Shown piece after piece: positions 10,412-23,419 of a stretch of DNA of 64,000 bases. The notes under the pieces are model-generated. The model worked only from the letters and a program-made list of their open reading frames with translations, was not told the origin of the DNA and searched no databases. Numbering within the stretch: position 1 is the first letter of the stretch; each line of letters begins with the position of its first letter. The stretch comes from an uncultured Alphaproteobacteria bacterium (lineage in GTDB: Bacteria; Pseudomonadota; Alphaproteobacteria; Methylaequorales; Methylaequoraceae). Made by a program: the position numbers and the translations under genes. The stretch covers positions 145,036-209,035 of the forward strand of contig CACHGK010000001.1 in NCBI GenBank assembly GCA_902579395.1, given 5' to 3'.

Positions 10412-11145
10412 ATTATCTCTCCATAATTTAGTTTAAAATCCTTATCGTCATTTGTTAAAACTAATTGACCAGAAGAATCAATCTTTTTAAATTTTCCACT
10501 TAAAGACTCTTTACCCAAATTTATTTTAATGATTGAAGTTTTTTTAAAAAAAACCTTCGAAAGAGTTTGACTTAAATTTTCATAGTTTATTTTATTCATA
10601 TTTGTTGTAAAGTCTGAAAGCTTTTTACTTATTAAAAAAAAAAAATTAATTGCATCTAAATTAATTTTTAATTCAGATAAAGAAATATTTTGAATATTTT
10701 GTTTAAATGTTTTTTTTACGATATTTATACCAATACCAATGATAAATTTATTAATTTTTCCTCCATTGACAGTTGTTTCAATTAAGATTCCAGCTACTTT
10801 TTTTTTTTTAATAAAAATGTCATTTGGCCATTTAAATTCTATATTTTTAATTCCAAGATTTTTAAAAATCTTCATTATTATAGAAACAATAAATAAATTG
10901 ATTTTACCAAGATCCTTAATTTTTATGTTTTTTCTAATTAAAAAAGAACATGTCAGATCACCTTTCTCACTTATCCAAAGTCTATTTTTTCTTCCTCTGC
11001 CTTTTTTCTGTTCATGACTAAATAAAGCTAAGTTAGATTTTTTATTCTCGGTAACACTCAGATCCTTAATTTTATCGTTAGTGTTCTCTAAAGATCTATA
11101 AAAATAATAATCGAAATATTTTTTAACCATATTATTTAACAGCAA
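10408..11145 (-). CDS. birA: Biotin--[acetyl-CoA-carboxylase] ligase (no N-terminal HTH)
   Basis: 245 aa with GRGRKNRLWISEKGD (the GRGRxGRxW biotin-binding loop) and KWPNDIF. Confidence 0.88.
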   Translation of the reverse strand: MLLNNMVKKYFDYYFYRSLENTNDKIKDLSVTENKKSNLALFSHEQKKGRGRKNRLWISEKGDLTCSFLIRKNIKIKDLGKINLFIVSIIMKIFKNLGIKNIEFKWPNDIFIKKKKVAGILIETTVNGGKINKFIIGIGINIVKKTFKQNIQNISLSELKINLDAINFFFLISKKLSDFTTNMNKINYENLSQTLSKVFFKKTSIIKINLGKESLSGKFKKIDSSGQLVLTNDDKDFKLNYGEII

Positions 11146-12559
11146 AAAGAGACAAGGTTATTGAGGCGCACAAATTTAAGAAAAATTGTGGATACAATAC
11201 AACAGTTAAATTAAAAAAAGCAAAACCACACAACATATATTTTGAATGATTGCTACTAATATTATCCAAATCGTCAATCGGATCATCAAAGAAAATTGAT
11301 TTTATTAGTCTTATATAATAAAAAGCAGCTATTACGGAAGTTAAAACTGCCACAATTGCAAGAAAAAATAAATTGTTATCTATTATTATGTTTAAAATAA
11401 TTAACTTTCCAATAAAACCAGCCATAGGTGGAATACCTGCCATTGAAAATAATATGATTGAAAGACAACCAGCCATTAATGGTTGCGTTTTATATAAGCC
11501 TGAAAGATCTTTAATTGATGAAACGCTTATTTGATCTCTTTGCATATTTAAAATAAATAAGAACATTCCGAGATTCATTGTTATATAAAAAATAAGGTAG
11601 ATACATATAGAGGTAATTCCATCTTCTGAACCAGGAATCAAAGCCATTAATATAAAGCCAATATGATTAATCGTACTGTAGGCCATTAGTCTTTTTAAAT
11701 CTGTTTGGCGAAGAGCCCCTAATGAACCAATCAACATAGATGTGATTGAAAGTATTATTAAGATTTTTCCCCAATCAATTATAATTTCACCGAAAGGATA
11801 AACTAAAAGTCTTATTAAAACTCCAAATGCAGCAATCTTTGGGAGTGTAGATAGTAATGTAGTAACTATTGAGGGGGCTCCTTGGTAAACATCAGGTGTC
11901 CACATATGAAAGGGAGCAGCAGATATCTTCAGTGACAATGAAACCAAAATAAAAATTAGACCAACTATAAGCATTGTTGGAGTTGAATACAAATCAGACA
12001 TGAAAAGACTTATCTCATTAAAGCTTGTTGAACCAACAAGACCATAAATCAAACTAGTACCAAACAAAAATATACATGTTGACAAACTTCCAATTATAAA
12101 ATATTTAACTCCAGCCTCAGAAGATATAAAATCATCCCTACTAAAAGAAACCAAGATATATAATGCCAGACTCTGTAATTCCATAGACATGAAAAGTGAA
12201 AGCAAGTTGTTAGATGAAATCATAAGAAGCATCCCAACAACTGAAATTAGAAAAAGTATTGAAAATTCTGGTCTTTTAAGTGACTTTGGATTAGATACAG
12301 TAAGATAGAAAAAAATAATCAAACCCGCACCAATTAAAATTAATGATTTTAAAAATGAGCCAAAAGAATCAATAATGAAAAATCCATCAAAAATTAATTG
12401 TGAGTAAAAAATATCTTTTAATATAAAAAATTGCGAGACAAATAATACAATCAAAGTAATATAACCAATTTTTAAAAAAGCCTCTTTCTTTAAAAAAGGA
12501 GAAATAAATAATATTATAACTGCGCATATAGCTAAAAAAATTTCTGGTATAATTAACAA
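11132..12559 (-). CDS. nuoN: NADH-quinone oxidoreductase subunit N
   Basis: 475-aa polytopic antiporter-like protein. It is the last gene of the nuo string. Confidence 0.93.
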   Translation of the reverse strand: MLIIPEIFLAICAVIILFISPFLKKEAFLKIGYITLIVLFVSQFFILKDIFYSQLIFDGFFIIDSFGSFLKSLILIGAGLIIFFYLTVSNPKSLKRPEFSILFLISVVGMLLMISSNNLLSLFMSMELQSLALYILVSFSRDDFISSEAGVKYFIIGSLSTCIFLFGTSLIYGLVGSTSFNEISLFMSDLYSTPTMLIVGLIFILVSLSLKISAAPFHMWTPDVYQGAPSIVTTLLSTLPKIAAFGVLIRLLVYPFGEIIIDWGKILIILSITSMLIGSLGALRQTDLKRLMAYSTINHIGFILMALIPGSEDGITSICIYLIFYITMNLGMFLFILNMQRDQISVSSIKDLSGLYKTQPLMAGCLSIILFSMAGIPPMAGFIGKLIILNIIIDNNLFFLAIVAVLTSVIAAFYYIRLIKSIFFDDPIDDLDNISSNHSKYMLCGFAFFNLTVVLYPQFFLNLCASITLSLFAVK

Positions 12560-12569
12560 TAGTCTCTCT

Positions 12570-14051
12570 CTAAAAAATTGAAATTGGATATAACTCTATT
12601 ATTCTTTCTAATGAAGGTGTAGTATAATCTAAAATTAAACCTGGTTTAATTCCTATAATAAAAATTAACAGAACAAGAGTAGAATAAACTCCAATCTCAT
12701 AAAAATTTATATCATCATTTTTTTTATCAAGATTGCTACTTAAACTACCCAAAAAAACTCTCTTATAAAGAAGTAGCATATAAGAAGCTGAAAGAATAAC
12801 TCCTAAAGTGGAAATTACTGCCACCATTGTATTTTTGCTGTAAACTGCTAAAAGCGATAAATATTCTCCGACAAACCCTGATGTTCCAGGTAAACCAATA
12901 GATCCGAGAGAAAAGATAAGAAAAAAAACTGAGAACTTTGGTAGTTTTAAATTTAATCCACCAAAAAAATCTATTTTTTTTGTTTTATATCTGTTGTAAA
13001 TAGATCCAATAGAAAAAAATAAAGCAGCAGATATTATTCCGTGAGATATCATTTGAATTATAGCACCGTGAAGACCTTGAATATTAGCAGAAAAGATCCC
13101 TAAAGTTACAAATCCCATATGAGCAACTGATGAATAAGCAATGAGCTTTTTCATATCCTCTTGTACTAAAGCTATATAAGAAGTGTAAATTATTGCTAAG
13201 ACCGAGAGAAAATAAATAAAAGGTGTAAAAAAGATTGATGCATCAGGAAGAATAGATAAATTAAACCTTATAAAACCATAACCTCCAAGCTTTAGAAGTA
13301 TTCCGGCTAATATAACAGAACCCTCAGTAGGAGCCTCTACATGTGCATCTGGAAGCCATGTATGAAATGGCCACATTGGGATTTTAACAGCAAATGACGA
13401 GAAAAATGCTAGCCATAACCAAACCTGTATATAAAATGGAAGAGTATAATCCAATAGTTTGGGTATGCTTATTGTACCAAATTCTTGGTACAAAAATATT
13501 ATTGCTATTAACATTAAAACTGAACCAAGTAACGTGTAAAGAAAAAACTTGTAGGCTGAATATATTCTTCTTTCACCACCCCAAAATCCTATAATTAAAT
13601 ACATTGGTATTAATATTGATTCAAAAAAAATGTAAAAAGAAAACAAATCAATTGCACTAAAAGTTCCCACTAAAAATGATTCCAATAATAAAAAAGAGGC
13701 TAAATACATTTTCATATTTTTTTTTGATTGTGGTAAGAGAAAAACAATACATATCAAAATCAAAAATGTAGACAGTAAAACAAATGGCATAGACAAACCA
13801 TCGACACCAAGGGCAAATCTAAGATTATCACTGTTGAACCAGGAAAAAGAATTTACGAATTGAAAGTGTGGAATTGATTTGTCAAAGTTTATTGGTAAAT
13901 ATAGTGATAAAAAAAAATTACTTGCACAAGTCCATAATGCAGATTTTTTTGACTGAACTGCATTTTCGTCTTCTTCAGATGAAAAAAAAATAAAAGCTAG
14001 TCCGATAAGAGGTAAAACAATTAAAATTGGGAGTATAGGTAGACTAATCAT
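12570..14051 (-). CDS. nuoM: NADH-quinone oxidoreductase subunit M
   Basis: 493-aa antiporter-like subunit (WLPDAHVEAPT), in operon position. Confidence 0.94.
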   Translation of the reverse strand: MISLPILPILIVLPLIGLAFIFFSSEEDENAVQSKKSALWTCASNFFLSLYLPINFDKSIPHFQFVNSFSWFNSDNLRFALGVDGLSMPFVLLSTFLILICIVFLLPQSKKNMKMYLASFLLLESFLVGTFSAIDLFSFYIFFESILIPMYLIIGFWGGERRIYSAYKFFLYTLLGSVLMLIAIIFLYQEFGTISIPKLLDYTLPFYIQVWLWLAFFSSFAVKIPMWPFHTWLPDAHVEAPTEGSVILAGILLKLGGYGFIRFNLSILPDASIFFTPFIYFLSVLAIIYTSYIALVQEDMKKLIAYSSVAHMGFVTLGIFSANIQGLHGAIIQMISHGIISAALFFSIGSIYNRYKTKKIDFFGGLNLKLPKFSVFFLIFSLGSIGLPGTSGFVGEYLSLLAVYSKNTMVAVISTLGVILSASYMLLLYKRVFLGSLSSNLDKKNDDINFYEIGVYSTLVLLIFIIGIKPGLILDYTTPSLERIIELYPISIF

Positions 14052-15973
14052 TAAAAAATATACACATAGATACTAATGAATAATGTTAGTCCAATCACTA
14101 CAGATAGGACATAATGATATAGATAACCTGATTGTAATCTAGATACAACAGCTCCAAATGAACCAATTAACCTTGACATGCCATTCGGGCCGAGATTATC
14201 AATCAGATCAATATCAATTGATTTCCAAAAGCCCTTACCAAGATAAATACTAGGTCTAATAAATAAAAATTCATAAAGTTCATCAATATAACATTTATTA
14301 TAAAAGAAATTTATTATGAAACTTGATTTTTGTTTTATGTATTCCAACTTGTTAGCTAATTTGTAATAGTACATCCAACTTATAAATAAACCAGAAATGA
14401 TCATTATCAAAGGTAACTTTTTAACAGCTGTGGGAATATAACCTAAAGTATAAAAGTTATTTGCCTCTAAATCAATGAATATAGAACCAGACCATATATC
14501 TTCAAGAAATGAACCAGCAAAGAAATTATGAAATATCATACCAAAGAAAATAGAGAAAAAAGCTAGAATTACTAAAGGAAAAACCATAATTAATGGTGAT
14601 TCATGGATATGAGCAAAAACTTTTTCATCTGACCGATTATTCTTATGAAATACATGGATAATTAGTCTTGAAGAATAAATGGTTGTTAATAAAACACCAA
14701 CGATCCCAATCATAAATGAGAAAAATTTGATATTTAGATCTGAAAGGTAAATAAATTCTAAAATAAGATCTTTTGAGTAATAACCACTCAAAAAAGGCAA
14801 ACCCATTAACGCTATTGATCCAATGAGCATGCATATATAAGTTAAAGGAATCTTGTTATAAATGCCCCCCATTTTTTTTATATCCTGTTCATCAGACATA
14901 CAATGAATTACTGAACCAGCGCCTAGGAATAATAGAGCTTTAAAAAATGCATGAGAGAGAAGGTGAAAATAAGCCATTGAATATGCTGAAACACCTATCG
15001 CCATAAACATATAGCCTAATTGGCTGCAAGTTGAATAAGCAATGATACGTTTAATATCGTTTTGAAAAATAGCTACACATGAAGCAAACAAACAAGTTAT
15101 CGACCCTATGATTAAAATAAAGTTTTGAGCAAAAGGAGAAGTTTCGATCAATGGTGACATTAAAATCAATAGAAAAACTCCAGCCGTGACCATTGTTGCT
15201 GCATGAATAAGAGCTGAAACTGGAGTTGGTCCCTCCATTGCATCTGGAAGCCATACGTGCAATCCGAACTGAGCTGACTTACCCATACAACCAATAAACA
15301 TAAATATAACAATCAATGTAATAGAATGGATTTCAAATCCAAGAAAATTGAAATAAGATTGACTATGAGAATTTACTAATAATAGTATTTCATCAATATT
15401 AATCGTCCCAAAAACAATAAATATTGTAAAAAGTGATATTAGCAATCCGAAATCTCCAACTCTATTTGCTATAAATGCTTTTAAAGAAGCTTTATTTGCA
15501 ATCTCTTTTTTACTCCAAAAACCTATTAATAAGTAGGAAGTAAGACCTACACCCTCCCAACCTACAAAAAGTTGTATTAAATTTGCTGATGAAACTAAGA
15601 ATAGCATAAAAAAGGTAAACAAACTCAAGTAACCCATAAAAATTATTCTTCTTGGATCTTTTGACATATATCCAATCGAGTAAATATGAATAATAGTTGA
15701 CACAAAGTTAACCATCAAAACCATAGTTGCGGTTAATAAATTAAGATTTAATGACCAATCAATATTTAAGCTTCCTGAGGAGATCCAATTAGATAAAATG
15801 TAATTTTGATCGCCGCTCAATATAACATAAAGCAAAGAGAGTATTGATAAAATTGAAGACAATATCATTAACGCACATGAACTAACATTCAATGTCTTGT
15901 CCTTAATTAGCCCACTAAAAATAATGCAAACAAAATAACTTAAAAGGGGTAAAAATATAGCAAATAGAAACAA
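14051..15973 (-). CDS. nuoL: NADH-quinone oxidoreductase subunit L
   Basis: 640-aa antiporter-like subunit (WLPDAMEGPTPVSALIHAATMV) with a long C-terminal extension. Confidence 0.95.
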   Translation of the reverse strand: MFLFAIFLPLLSYFVCIIFSGLIKDKTLNVSSCALMILSSILSILSLLYVILSGDQNYILSNWISSGSLNIDWSLNLNLLTATMVLMVNFVSTIIHIYSIGYMSKDPRRIIFMGYLSLFTFFMLFLVSSANLIQLFVGWEGVGLTSYLLIGFWSKKEIANKASLKAFIANRVGDFGLLISLFTIFIVFGTINIDEILLLVNSHSQSYFNFLGFEIHSITLIVIFMFIGCMGKSAQFGLHVWLPDAMEGPTPVSALIHAATMVTAGVFLLILMSPLIETSPFAQNFILIIGSITCLFASCVAIFQNDIKRIIAYSTCSQLGYMFMAIGVSAYSMAYFHLLSHAFFKALLFLGAGSVIHCMSDEQDIKKMGGIYNKIPLTYICMLIGSIALMGLPFLSGYYSKDLILEFIYLSDLNIKFFSFMIGIVGVLLTTIYSSRLIIHVFHKNNRSDEKVFAHIHESPLIMVFPLVILAFFSIFFGMIFHNFFAGSFLEDIWSGSIFIDLEANNFYTLGYIPTAVKKLPLIMIISGLFISWMYYYKLANKLEYIKQKSSFIINFFYNKCYIDELYEFLFIRPSIYLGKGFWKSIDIDLIDNLGPNGMSRLIGSFGAVVSRLQSGYLYHYVLSVVIGLTLFISIYVYIF

Positions 15974-15977
15974 AGAT

Positions 15978-16280
15978 TTAACCCTTCAACTTATTGATAG
16001 TATCAATGCTAATAGATCCAGATTTTTTAAAAAAAATAGTTAAAATGGCAAGACCTATGGCTGCTTCCGCTGCAGCCACAACCAAGACAAATAAAGCAAA
16101 TATCTGCCCAAAGAGATCATTTAAAGTACTTGAAAATCCAATAAAATTTATATTTGTAGCTAGTAACATTAATTCTATGGACATTAAAATCGAAATTATA
16201 TTTTTTCTATTTATAAATATTCCCAAGAAACCAATTGAAAAAATAATTGATGATAATATTAGATAATTTGATGATGTCAT
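15978..16280 (-). CDS. nuoK: NADH-quinone oxidoreductase subunit K
   Basis: 100 aa with three TM helices ([12 protein letters not shown]), in operon position. Confidence 0.93.
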   Translation of the reverse strand: MTSSNYLILSSIIFSIGFLGIFINRKNIISILMSIELMLLATNINFIGFSSTLNDLFGQIFALFVLVVAAAEAAIGLAILTIFFKKSGSISIDTINKLKG

Positions 16281-16284
16281 TCTT

Positions 16285-16869
16285 TTACTTTAGTTTGATA
16301 ATATCTTCTTTTTTAATTCTTTTTTGACGATAAACATTTTGTCCTTTTAAATTTGTCTTATCATCATGTGCTAATACTATTGCACCAATCATGGCAACAA
16401 GCAATAAATAACCGGAAATTTGAAAAATTATGAAAAAATCTGTATAGAGGAATAAACCTAAAGCTTTTGTATTCTCATGACCTTGATTAATTAGCTCTTC
16501 GATATTAATACCAGAAGAAGCTGCTCCAAAAAAATTGATATCTTTAAAAATAATTATTAATTCAGTTAAAAAAATTGAAATCAGTATTAATCCAAGAGGA
16601 AAATATCTCAAAAAACCTTCTTTAACAACTACCTCATTAATATTTAACATCATAACGACGAATAAAAATAAAACTGCCACTGCACCTACATAAACAATTA
16701 TTAAAGTCATAGCCAAAAACTCAGCATCTGATAATAAAAAAATTACAGCTACATTAAAAAAAGAAAAAATTAGAAATAAAACTGAATGAACAGGGTTGAA
16801 TGAAAAAACTACAAAAAAGCTCGATAAAATTGTTATTGCAGAGAAGATATAAAATAAAATCTCTGTCAT
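16285..16869 (-). CDS. nuoJ: NADH-quinone oxidoreductase subunit J
   Basis: 194-aa membrane protein located between nuoK and nuoI. Confidence 0.9.
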   Translation of the reverse strand: MTEILFYIFSAITILSSFFVVFSFNPVHSVLFLIFSFFNVAVIFLLSDAEFLAMTLIIVYVGAVAVLFLFVVMMLNINEVVVKEGFLRYFPLGLILISIFLTELIIIFKDINFFGAASSGINIEELINQGHENTKALGLFLYTDFFIIFQISGYLLLVAMIGAIVLAHDDKTNLKGQNVYRQKRIKKEDIIKLK

Positions 16870-17363
16870 AAGAATTTAGACTCTTTTTCTAAATTTTTTG
16901 ATATCTCAACTTCCCACCTATCACCATTCTCCAGCAATTTTTCTTTATTATATATTAATTCTTCACGAGTTTCAGTTGCAAATTCATAATTAGGGCCTTC
17001 AACAATCGCATCCACAGGACAAGATTCTTGACAATAACCACAATATATACACTTTGTCATATCAATGTCGTATCTTGTGGTTTTCCTAGATCCATCACTT
17101 CTGGGTTCAGCCTCAATTGTTATTGCTTGAGCAGGACATACAGCTTCACATAATTTACACGCTATACATCTTTCTTCGCCAGATTCGTATCTTCTTAAGA
17201 CGTGTTCTCCTCTAAACCTAGAACTCAAAGCACCTTTCTCGAAAGGATAATTAATTGTGACCTTAGGCTTAAAAAAATATTTTAAAGTTAATAATAATCC
17301 TGAAATAATCTCAATTAAAAAGAACTCTTTCAACAAAAATAAAAATTTTTTAAGTTTAGACAT
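16866..17363 (-). CDS. nuoI: NADH-quinone oxidoreductase subunit I (2x[4Fe-4S])
   Basis: Two ferredoxin motifs are present: [12 protein letters not shown] and [12 protein letters not shown]. Confidence 0.96.
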   Translation of the reverse strand: MSKLKKFLFLLKEFFLIEIISGLLLTLKYFFKPKVTINYPFEKGALSSRFRGEHVLRRYESGEERCIACKLCEAVCPAQAITIEAEPRSDGSRKTTRYDIDMTKCIYCGYCQESCPVDAIVEGPNYEFATETREELIYNKEKLLENGDRWEVEISKNLEKESKFL

Positions 17364-18339
17364 ATTTCCAAAAAAATAATAAAGATGATGTTAATATAAT
17401 CCAAAGTAAAGACAAGGGGAGAAATAACTTCCACCCTAGTGACATTAACTGATCATATCTATATCTAGGTAAAGTAGCTCTCACCCATAGAAAAATAAAT
17501 AATAAAATCATTACTTTTGATAAAAACCATATATATCCTGGAATATAATCAAAAAAATGCCAATTAAATGGAGGTAACCACCCACCTAAAAATAGAATCG
17601 TTGACATTGAGGCCATTAAAATCATATTTCCATATTCTCCAAGAAAAAAAAGACCAAATGACATTGAAGAGTATTCCACATTATAACCTGCAACAAGCTC
17701 TGACTCTGCTTCTGGAAGGTCGAACGGTGCTCTATTAGTTTCAGCTAAAGTGGATATAAAAAAAATAATAAACATTGGGAAATGGGGTATGATATACCAC
17801 ATGTCATTTTGACTAAGGACGATCTGCGTTAAATTTAAACTTCCAGATGACAAAAGTACTGATATTATAATAAGACCAATAGAAACTTCATATGATATCA
17901 TTTGTGCAGCAGATCTTAAACTTCCTAAAAAAGCATATCTAGAGTTGCTTGACCATCCTGCGACTATAATTCCATAAATGCCCAGAGAAGAAATTGCAAA
18001 AATATACATTAAACCAACATTTATATTAGATAAAACAACTTTATAATCGACTGGTATAACTGCCCATGCAAATAATGCTAAAGCAAAAGTAAGAATTGGA
18101 GATAACACAAATAAAAATTTATTAGATTTATCAGGAAAAATTGTTTCTTTAGTTAAAAGCTTAATACCATCTGCCACTGGCTGCAATAAACCAAACGGCC
18201 CAACAACATTAGGGCCTTTTCTTAATTGCATAGCTCCTATTACTTTTCTTTCGAAATACGTTAAGTACGCTATAAAAACCAAAAGGGGGATGACAATTAA
18301 AGAAATTTTTAAAATTACAATCAGTATCTCAAACAACAT
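17356..18339 (-). CDS. nuoH: NADH-quinone oxidoreductase subunit H
   Basis: 327 aa with [26 protein letters not shown]. Confidence 0.96.
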   Translation of the reverse strand: MLFEILIVILKISLIVIPLLVFIAYLTYFERKVIGAMQLRKGPNVVGPFGLLQPVADGIKLLTKETIFPDKSNKFLFVLSPILTFALALFAWAVIPVDYKVVLSNINVGLMYIFAISSLGIYGIIVAGWSSNSRYAFLGSLRSAAQMISYEVSIGLIIISVLLSSGSLNLTQIVLSQNDMWYIIPHFPMFIIFFISTLAETNRAPFDLPEAESELVAGYNVEYSSMSFGLFFLGEYGNMILMASMSTILFLGGWLPPFNWHFFDYIPGYIWFLSKVMILLFIFLWVRATLPRYRYDQLMSLGWKLFLPLSLLWIILTSSLLFFWKYV

Positions 18340-18340
18340 T

Positions 18341-20389
18341 TTAAAGCTTATTTTGGTTTTCGTTTATTTGAAGTGAACAAGAAGACATAGTCGGTGAATT
18401 TCTACTAACTGAATCTGTCATATAAAAATTTGGAATATTCGATATTATAACATTTTTGCTAAACTTCTTTGAAAAAGCACTTGGTTTTAAGGATTTCTCA
18501 GATTTAAATTGGTTGATTTTAGAGAGAATTGGATAACGGCTAAACATAATCTCTCTAAGACTACCTAAATCACTATAGTCATTTTGGAATCCAAGACTAC
18601 TTGCAAGTTTACTAAAAAAAATACTACTATGCTCTACATTAGCTATCGGCATTTTAACTTGTCTAGAAATTTGTGCTCTACCTTCAAGATTAACGTATAT
18701 TCCCTCTTTTTCTGTAAAGCACGGCATTGGTATGATAAGGTCAGCTCTACTTGCCGCTTTATCCCCATGATGACCATGATAGATTATAAATGTCTTTTTT
18801 GGTATTTTATCAAATTCAAGTTCATCAGCACCAAAAAGATAAAGGGTTTCATATTTACCCTTATAAATATCTTCAATGTTATTTTTTTGAATATTTTTCT
18901 TGTTATAGAATTCCAAGTCCAAAGCACCTACTCGACCAGAATAGTTTTGTAATATATTTAATCCATTCCAATTAGGGTCTTTCACAATTCTATTGTGGAG
19001 ATTAAGAACAAAATTGAAGATATTTTCTCCTTCAGAGGAGCACAATGGACCTTGTCCTATGATAAAAATAGGTTTCTTCGATTTTTTTAATAATTTTGTA
19101 TATTTAGAATTCTGAAGATTTGTCAGTGATGAGAAACTTTTACCCAATTCAAGAGCGTCAATTGAAAGATCATACTGATAGCCAATTCTTACTACATTGT
19201 AATCTCCAGTCTTATCTAATGATTTTTTTCTTAATCTTGCTCCTATTATTGGGGCTTCTTTTCTTATGTCAGATCCGATAATTACACATAAATCAGACTC
19301 ATCTATTCCAGAAATTGAACTATTAAAAATATAAGAGGATCTTTTGTTAGGAATAAAAAAAGAATTATCCTGTCTGCAATCATAATTCTTTAATCCAATT
19401 TTCTCTAAAAATAATTTGAGTGAAAAGATTGATTCACAGTCTATTAAATTTCCACATAATGAAAAAATTTTATTTTTCTTAGGATCGGTAAACTTTGATT
19501 TTAGAATATTCACTGCTGTATCTTCAGAACATTCAGAGATCTTACCATCGTTATTTCTTGTGTAATATCTGTCTATTCTTTGATGATTTAAACCATCATA
19601 AGCAAATCTTGTCTTATCCGAAATCCATTCTTCATTAATATTTTCATTAATTCTGGGAAGAACTCTTAAAATCTTATCACCTTTTGAATCTAATCTGATA
19701 TTACTCCCAACTGCATCAAAAACATCAATACTGTTAGTTTTTTTTAATTCCCAAGGCCTTGCAACAAACGCATAGGGTTTTGAAGTGAGAGCTCCAACTG
19801 GGCATAAATCAATAACATTTCCAGATAATTCTGAATCTATTGTTTTTTCTAGATAACTAGTGATTTCTGTATCCTCTCCTCTACCAATGGTTCCTAACTG
19901 ATTATTACCTGAAACTTCTTCAGAAAACCTAATACATCTTGTACAATGGATACATCTAGTCATATGTGTTTTAATTAAAGGTCCAAGATGTTTATCTTTG
20001 ACTGCTCTCTTGTTCTCTACAAACCTACTTAAACCTTTTCCATATGCCATAGCTTGATCTTGTAGATCACATTCTCCACCCTGATCACAAATTGGACAAT
20101 CAAGTGGATGGTTAATTAGAAGAAATTCCATTACTCCTTTTCTTGCTTTGACAACCATTTCACTATCGGTTTTTATCTTCATTCCTTCTGCTACAGGCAT
20201 TGCACAAGATGCAACAGGTTTTGTAGAGTTTTCCATTTCAACTAGACACATTCTACAATTTCCAGCAATAGACAATCTCTCATGATAGCAAAACCTGGGA
20301 ATTTCTATTCCAGAAATTTCACATGCTTGAAGAACAGTTATACCATCATCAACTTCTACAACTTTATCATTTATAAAGATTTTTGGCAT
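18341..20389 (-). CDS. nuoG: NADH-quinone oxidoreductase subunit G
   Basis: 682 aa with an N-terminal 2Fe-2S/4Fe-4S region ([45 protein letters not shown]). Confidence 0.96.
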   Translation of the reverse strand: MPKIFINDKVVEVDDGITVLQACEISGIEIPRFCYHERLSIAGNCRMCLVEMENSTKPVASCAMPVAEGMKIKTDSEMVVKARKGVMEFLLINHPLDCPICDQGGECDLQDQAMAYGKGLSRFVENKRAVKDKHLGPLIKTHMTRCIHCTRCIRFSEEVSGNNQLGTIGRGEDTEITSYLEKTIDSELSGNVIDLCPVGALTSKPYAFVARPWELKKTNSIDVFDAVGSNIRLDSKGDKILRVLPRINENINEEWISDKTRFAYDGLNHQRIDRYYTRNNDGKISECSEDTAVNILKSKFTDPKKNKIFSLCGNLIDCESIFSLKLFLEKIGLKNYDCRQDNSFFIPNKRSSYIFNSSISGIDESDLCVIIGSDIRKEAPIIGARLRKKSLDKTGDYNVVRIGYQYDLSIDALELGKSFSSLTNLQNSKYTKLLKKSKKPIFIIGQGPLCSSEGENIFNFVLNLHNRIVKDPNWNGLNILQNYSGRVGALDLEFYNKKNIQKNNIEDIYKGKYETLYLFGADELEFDKIPKKTFIIYHGHHGDKAASRADLIIPMPCFTEKEGIYVNLEGRAQISRQVKMPIANVEHSSIFFSKLASSLGFQNDYSDLGSLREIMFSRYPILSKINQFKSEKSLKPSAFSKKFSKNVIISNIPNFYMTDSVSRNSPTMSSCSLQINENQNKL

Positions 20390-20391
20390 AA

Positions 20392-21660
20392 TTAAGCTAC
20401 TTGTTTTTTTTGAATCCTATTTAAAATATCCTTTTTGAAATGTTTAAGTAATCCTTGTATAGGCCATGCAGCAGCATCACCTAGTGCGCAGATTGTGTGA
20501 CCTTCAATTTGGTGGGTAACCTCTTCCAACATTTCGACCTCTTCAACAGTACAATCATCGTTAACCAATCTGTTCATAACCCTCATAAGCCAGCCTGTGC
20601 CTTCTCTACAAGGTGTGCATTGCCCGCACGACTCATGCTTGTAGAATTCTGAGAGTCTTGCTATTACCTTAACAATATCGGTTTGCTTATTTATAACAAT
20701 TATTCCTCCTGTTCCAAGACCAGATCCTGCATTTTTTAAAGAGTCGAAATCCATAAGAACGTTTTCGCATTCATTCTTTGGCAACAAGGGAACAGATGAT
20801 CCACCTGGTATAATAGCCTGAAGGTTATTCCAGCCACCTATAACATCTCCAGCATATTTCTGAATCAAATATTTTAGAGGTACTCCAAGCTCTTCCTCAA
20901 CATTACATGGGTTATTCACATGACCAGATATACAAAAAATTTTAGAACCGCAATTGTTTTCCCGACCAAGATTGTTAAACCAATTAGGACCTCTTTTTAA
21001 AATTGTTGGAACAACTGCTATCGTTTCTACATTGTTGACAGTTGTTGGCTTGCCAAAAACACCAACATTTGCCGGAAATGGCGGCTTTAGCCTTGGTTGT
21101 CCTTTTTTTCCTTCAAGACTTTCAATTAAAGCGGTTTCTTCTCCACAAACATATGCTCCTGATCCATAATGAAGATAAATATCGAAGTTAATGTTTTGAC
21201 CAAAAATTTTTTTTCCTAAGAAGCCTCTATTATAACAATCCTCAATTGCTTTTTGCAAAATTGAAGCTTCATTGAAGAATTCACCTCTTATGTAAATATA
21301 ACATTTTGTTGCACCAATAGCGTATCCAGAAATAAGACAGCCCTCTAGAAGTTTATGGGGTTCGTTTCTTATTATATCGCGATCTTTGCAAGTACCGGGC
21401 TCTCCTTCGTCTGCATTAATGACCAAATAATGTTGTCTAGAACTTCCTTTAGGCATAAAATCCCATTTCATTCCTGTTGAGAATCCTGCACCCCCTCTGC
21501 CTCTCAAACCGGAATCCTTAATTTTATCTATAATTTCTTGCTTTGATAGTTTTAGGATTTTTGATGTACCTTTCCAATCACCCCTTTTCATAGCAAAATT
21601 AATTGAAGGTTCGTTAAATCCATATAAATTTGTAAAAATTAAATTTTCTTTTTTTATCAT
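20392..21660 (-). CDS. nuoF: NADH-quinone oxidoreductase subunit F
   Basis: 422 aa with [13 protein letters not shown], the FMN/NADH site motifs and [12 protein letters not shown]. Confidence 0.97.
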   Translation of the reverse strand: MIKKENLIFTNLYGFNEPSINFAMKRGDWKGTSKILKLSKQEIIDKIKDSGLRGRGGAGFSTGMKWDFMPKGSSRQHYLVINADEGEPGTCKDRDIIRNEPHKLLEGCLISGYAIGATKCYIYIRGEFFNEASILQKAIEDCYNRGFLGKKIFGQNINFDIYLHYGSGAYVCGEETALIESLEGKKGQPRLKPPFPANVGVFGKPTTVNNVETIAVVPTILKRGPNWFNNLGRENNCGSKIFCISGHVNNPCNVEEELGVPLKYLIQKYAGDVIGGWNNLQAIIPGGSSVPLLPKNECENVLMDFDSLKNAGSGLGTGGIIVINKQTDIVKVIARLSEFYKHESCGQCTPCREGTGWLMRVMNRLVNDDCTVEEVEMLEEVTHQIEGHTICALGDAAAWPIQGLLKHFKKDILNRIQKKQVA

Positions 21661-22250
21661 TATTTCCTCGGTTCAGACCCTTTTCTTTCTGATTGTGGTC
21701 CTATTTTTATTTTTTTATTATCTTTAAAATTATTAATTAGTTGATCAAGACTTTGAGAGTTTATGTCTTCAAAATAATTCTCGTTTATCTTAACCACTGG
21801 AGCGTTCACACATGCACCTAAACATTCTACCTTTCCTAAAGAAAAAAGTTTGTCATTTGTAACTTGACCAATACCAATACCTAACTTTTTTTTACATAAA
21901 TTTAACATAGAATCAGATCCCCTTAACATGCAAGGCGAAGTTGTGCATACTTCTATATGAAACTTCCCTACTGGAGATAGATTATACATAGAATAAAATG
22001 TAGCTAATTCAAGAACTTTAATCTCCGGCACATTTATTAAGTCTGATATATACTCTATTGCCTTTTTTGGGACCCATCCATTATTTTGATTTTGAGCAAT
22101 TGAAAGAAGTGGCATTATTGAACTTTCTTTATAGTTAGAAGGATACATTTTTATGATATTTTTAGCTTTTACTAAATTGTCAGAAGAAAAAGAAAAGCTT
22201 TTAGGCTGAAGAGAGTCTTCTGCTATAACTTTAAAACTGTTTTCACTCAT
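21660..22250 (-). CDS. nuoE: NADH-quinone oxidoreductase subunit E
   Basis: 196 aa with 2Fe-2S ligand contexts ([20 protein letters not shown]). Confidence 0.95.
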   Translation of the reverse strand: MSENSFKVIAEDSLQPKSFSFSSDNLVKAKNIIKMYPSNYKESSIMPLLSIAQNQNNGWVPKKAIEYISDLINVPEIKVLELATFYSMYNLSPVGKFHIEVCTTSPCMLRGSDSMLNLCKKKLGIGIGQVTNDKLFSLGKVECLGACVNAPVVKINENYFEDINSQSLDQLINNFKDNKKIKIGPQSERKGSEPRK

Positions 22251-23419
22251 CTATCTATTTCTCCAAAAACTATATCTAAACTTCCTATAATAGCTACTAA
22301 ATCCGAAAGCATGTGACCCTTTGATAAGAATTCTGTGGCTTGAAGAAAAGCAAATCCAGGTGCTCTTATTTTACATCTATAGGGTTTATTAGTTCCATCG
22401 GATACTAAATATACTCCGAATTCTCCTTTAGGAGCTTCTACACACGTGTAAGTTTCACCAATAGGCACATGAAAACCCTCAGTAAAAAGTTTGAAATGAT
22501 TTATTAAAGATTCCATTGAGGATTTCATCAAAGCCCTTTTTGGTGGAACTATTCTTGGATCATCGGAAATACAAATTCCATTAGGAATTATTTTAATACA
22601 CTGTTCTATAATTGAAATCGACTGTCTCATCTCTTCAATTCTAACTAAAAATCTTTCAAAACAATCACCATTTGTTCCGATAGGGATTTTGAAATCAATT
22701 TCAGAATAACAATCATAAGGTTCGTTTCTTCTTAGGTCCCATTCAACTCCTGATGCTCTGAGACAAGGTCCTGAGAACCCTCTGTTTAAAGCATCTTCTT
22801 TACTAATTTTTCCAATATCCACGCTTCTTTGTCTAAAAATCCTGTTTGTTTCTAACAACCTCTCTAAATCATCAATTTGTTTTGGAAATCTCTCGCAGAA
22901 TCTTTTTATATCGTTGAGAAGTCCATCAGGAAGATCTCTGTGAACACCACCAGGACGAAAATAAGCAGAGTGAAGTCTTGATCCTGATACTCTCTCATAA
23001 AACTCCATTAAAACTTCTCTTTCTTCAAATAACCATAAGAAAGGTGTCATTGCTCCCACATCTAAGGCAAATGTTGTTAAGTTAAGTATGTGGTTCAATA
23101 TTCTTGTAATTTCTGAAAAAATTACTCTTATATATTGCCCTCTTAATGGGACTTTGATGTCAAGTAGTTTCTCCACCGCCAGTGAAAACGCATGTTCTTG
23201 ACACATTGGAGAAACGTAATCCAACCTATCAAAATATGGCAGAGCTTGAATATAGGTTTTATTTTCTATTAATTTCTCAGTTCCTCTGTGAAGGAGACCA
23301 ATATGCGGATCTGCTCTTTCAACAATTTCACCGTCTAGCTCTAACACCAGTCTCAAAACTCCGTGTGCTGCAGGGTGTTGAGGCCCAAAGTTTAGCGAAT
23401 AGTTTTCTCTTTTTCTCAT
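22247..23419 (-). CDS. nuoD: NADH-quinone oxidoreductase subunit D
   Basis: 390 aa with [22 protein letters not shown] and a C-terminal VFGEIDR. Confidence 0.97.
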   Translation of the reverse strand: MRKRENYSLNFGPQHPAAHGVLRLVLELDGEIVERADPHIGLLHRGTEKLIENKTYIQALPYFDRLDYVSPMCQEHAFSLAVEKLLDIKVPLRGQYIRVIFSEITRILNHILNLTTFALDVGAMTPFLWLFEEREVLMEFYERVSGSRLHSAYFRPGGVHRDLPDGLLNDIKRFCERFPKQIDDLERLLETNRIFRQRSVDIGKISKEDALNRGFSGPCLRASGVEWDLRRNEPYDCYSEIDFKIPIGTNGDCFERFLVRIEEMRQSISIIEQCIKIIPNGICISDDPRIVPPKRALMKSSMESLINHFKLFTEGFHVPIGETYTCVEAPKGEFGVYLVSDGTNKPYRCKIRAPGFAFLQATEFLSKGHMLSDLVAIIGSLDIVFGEIDR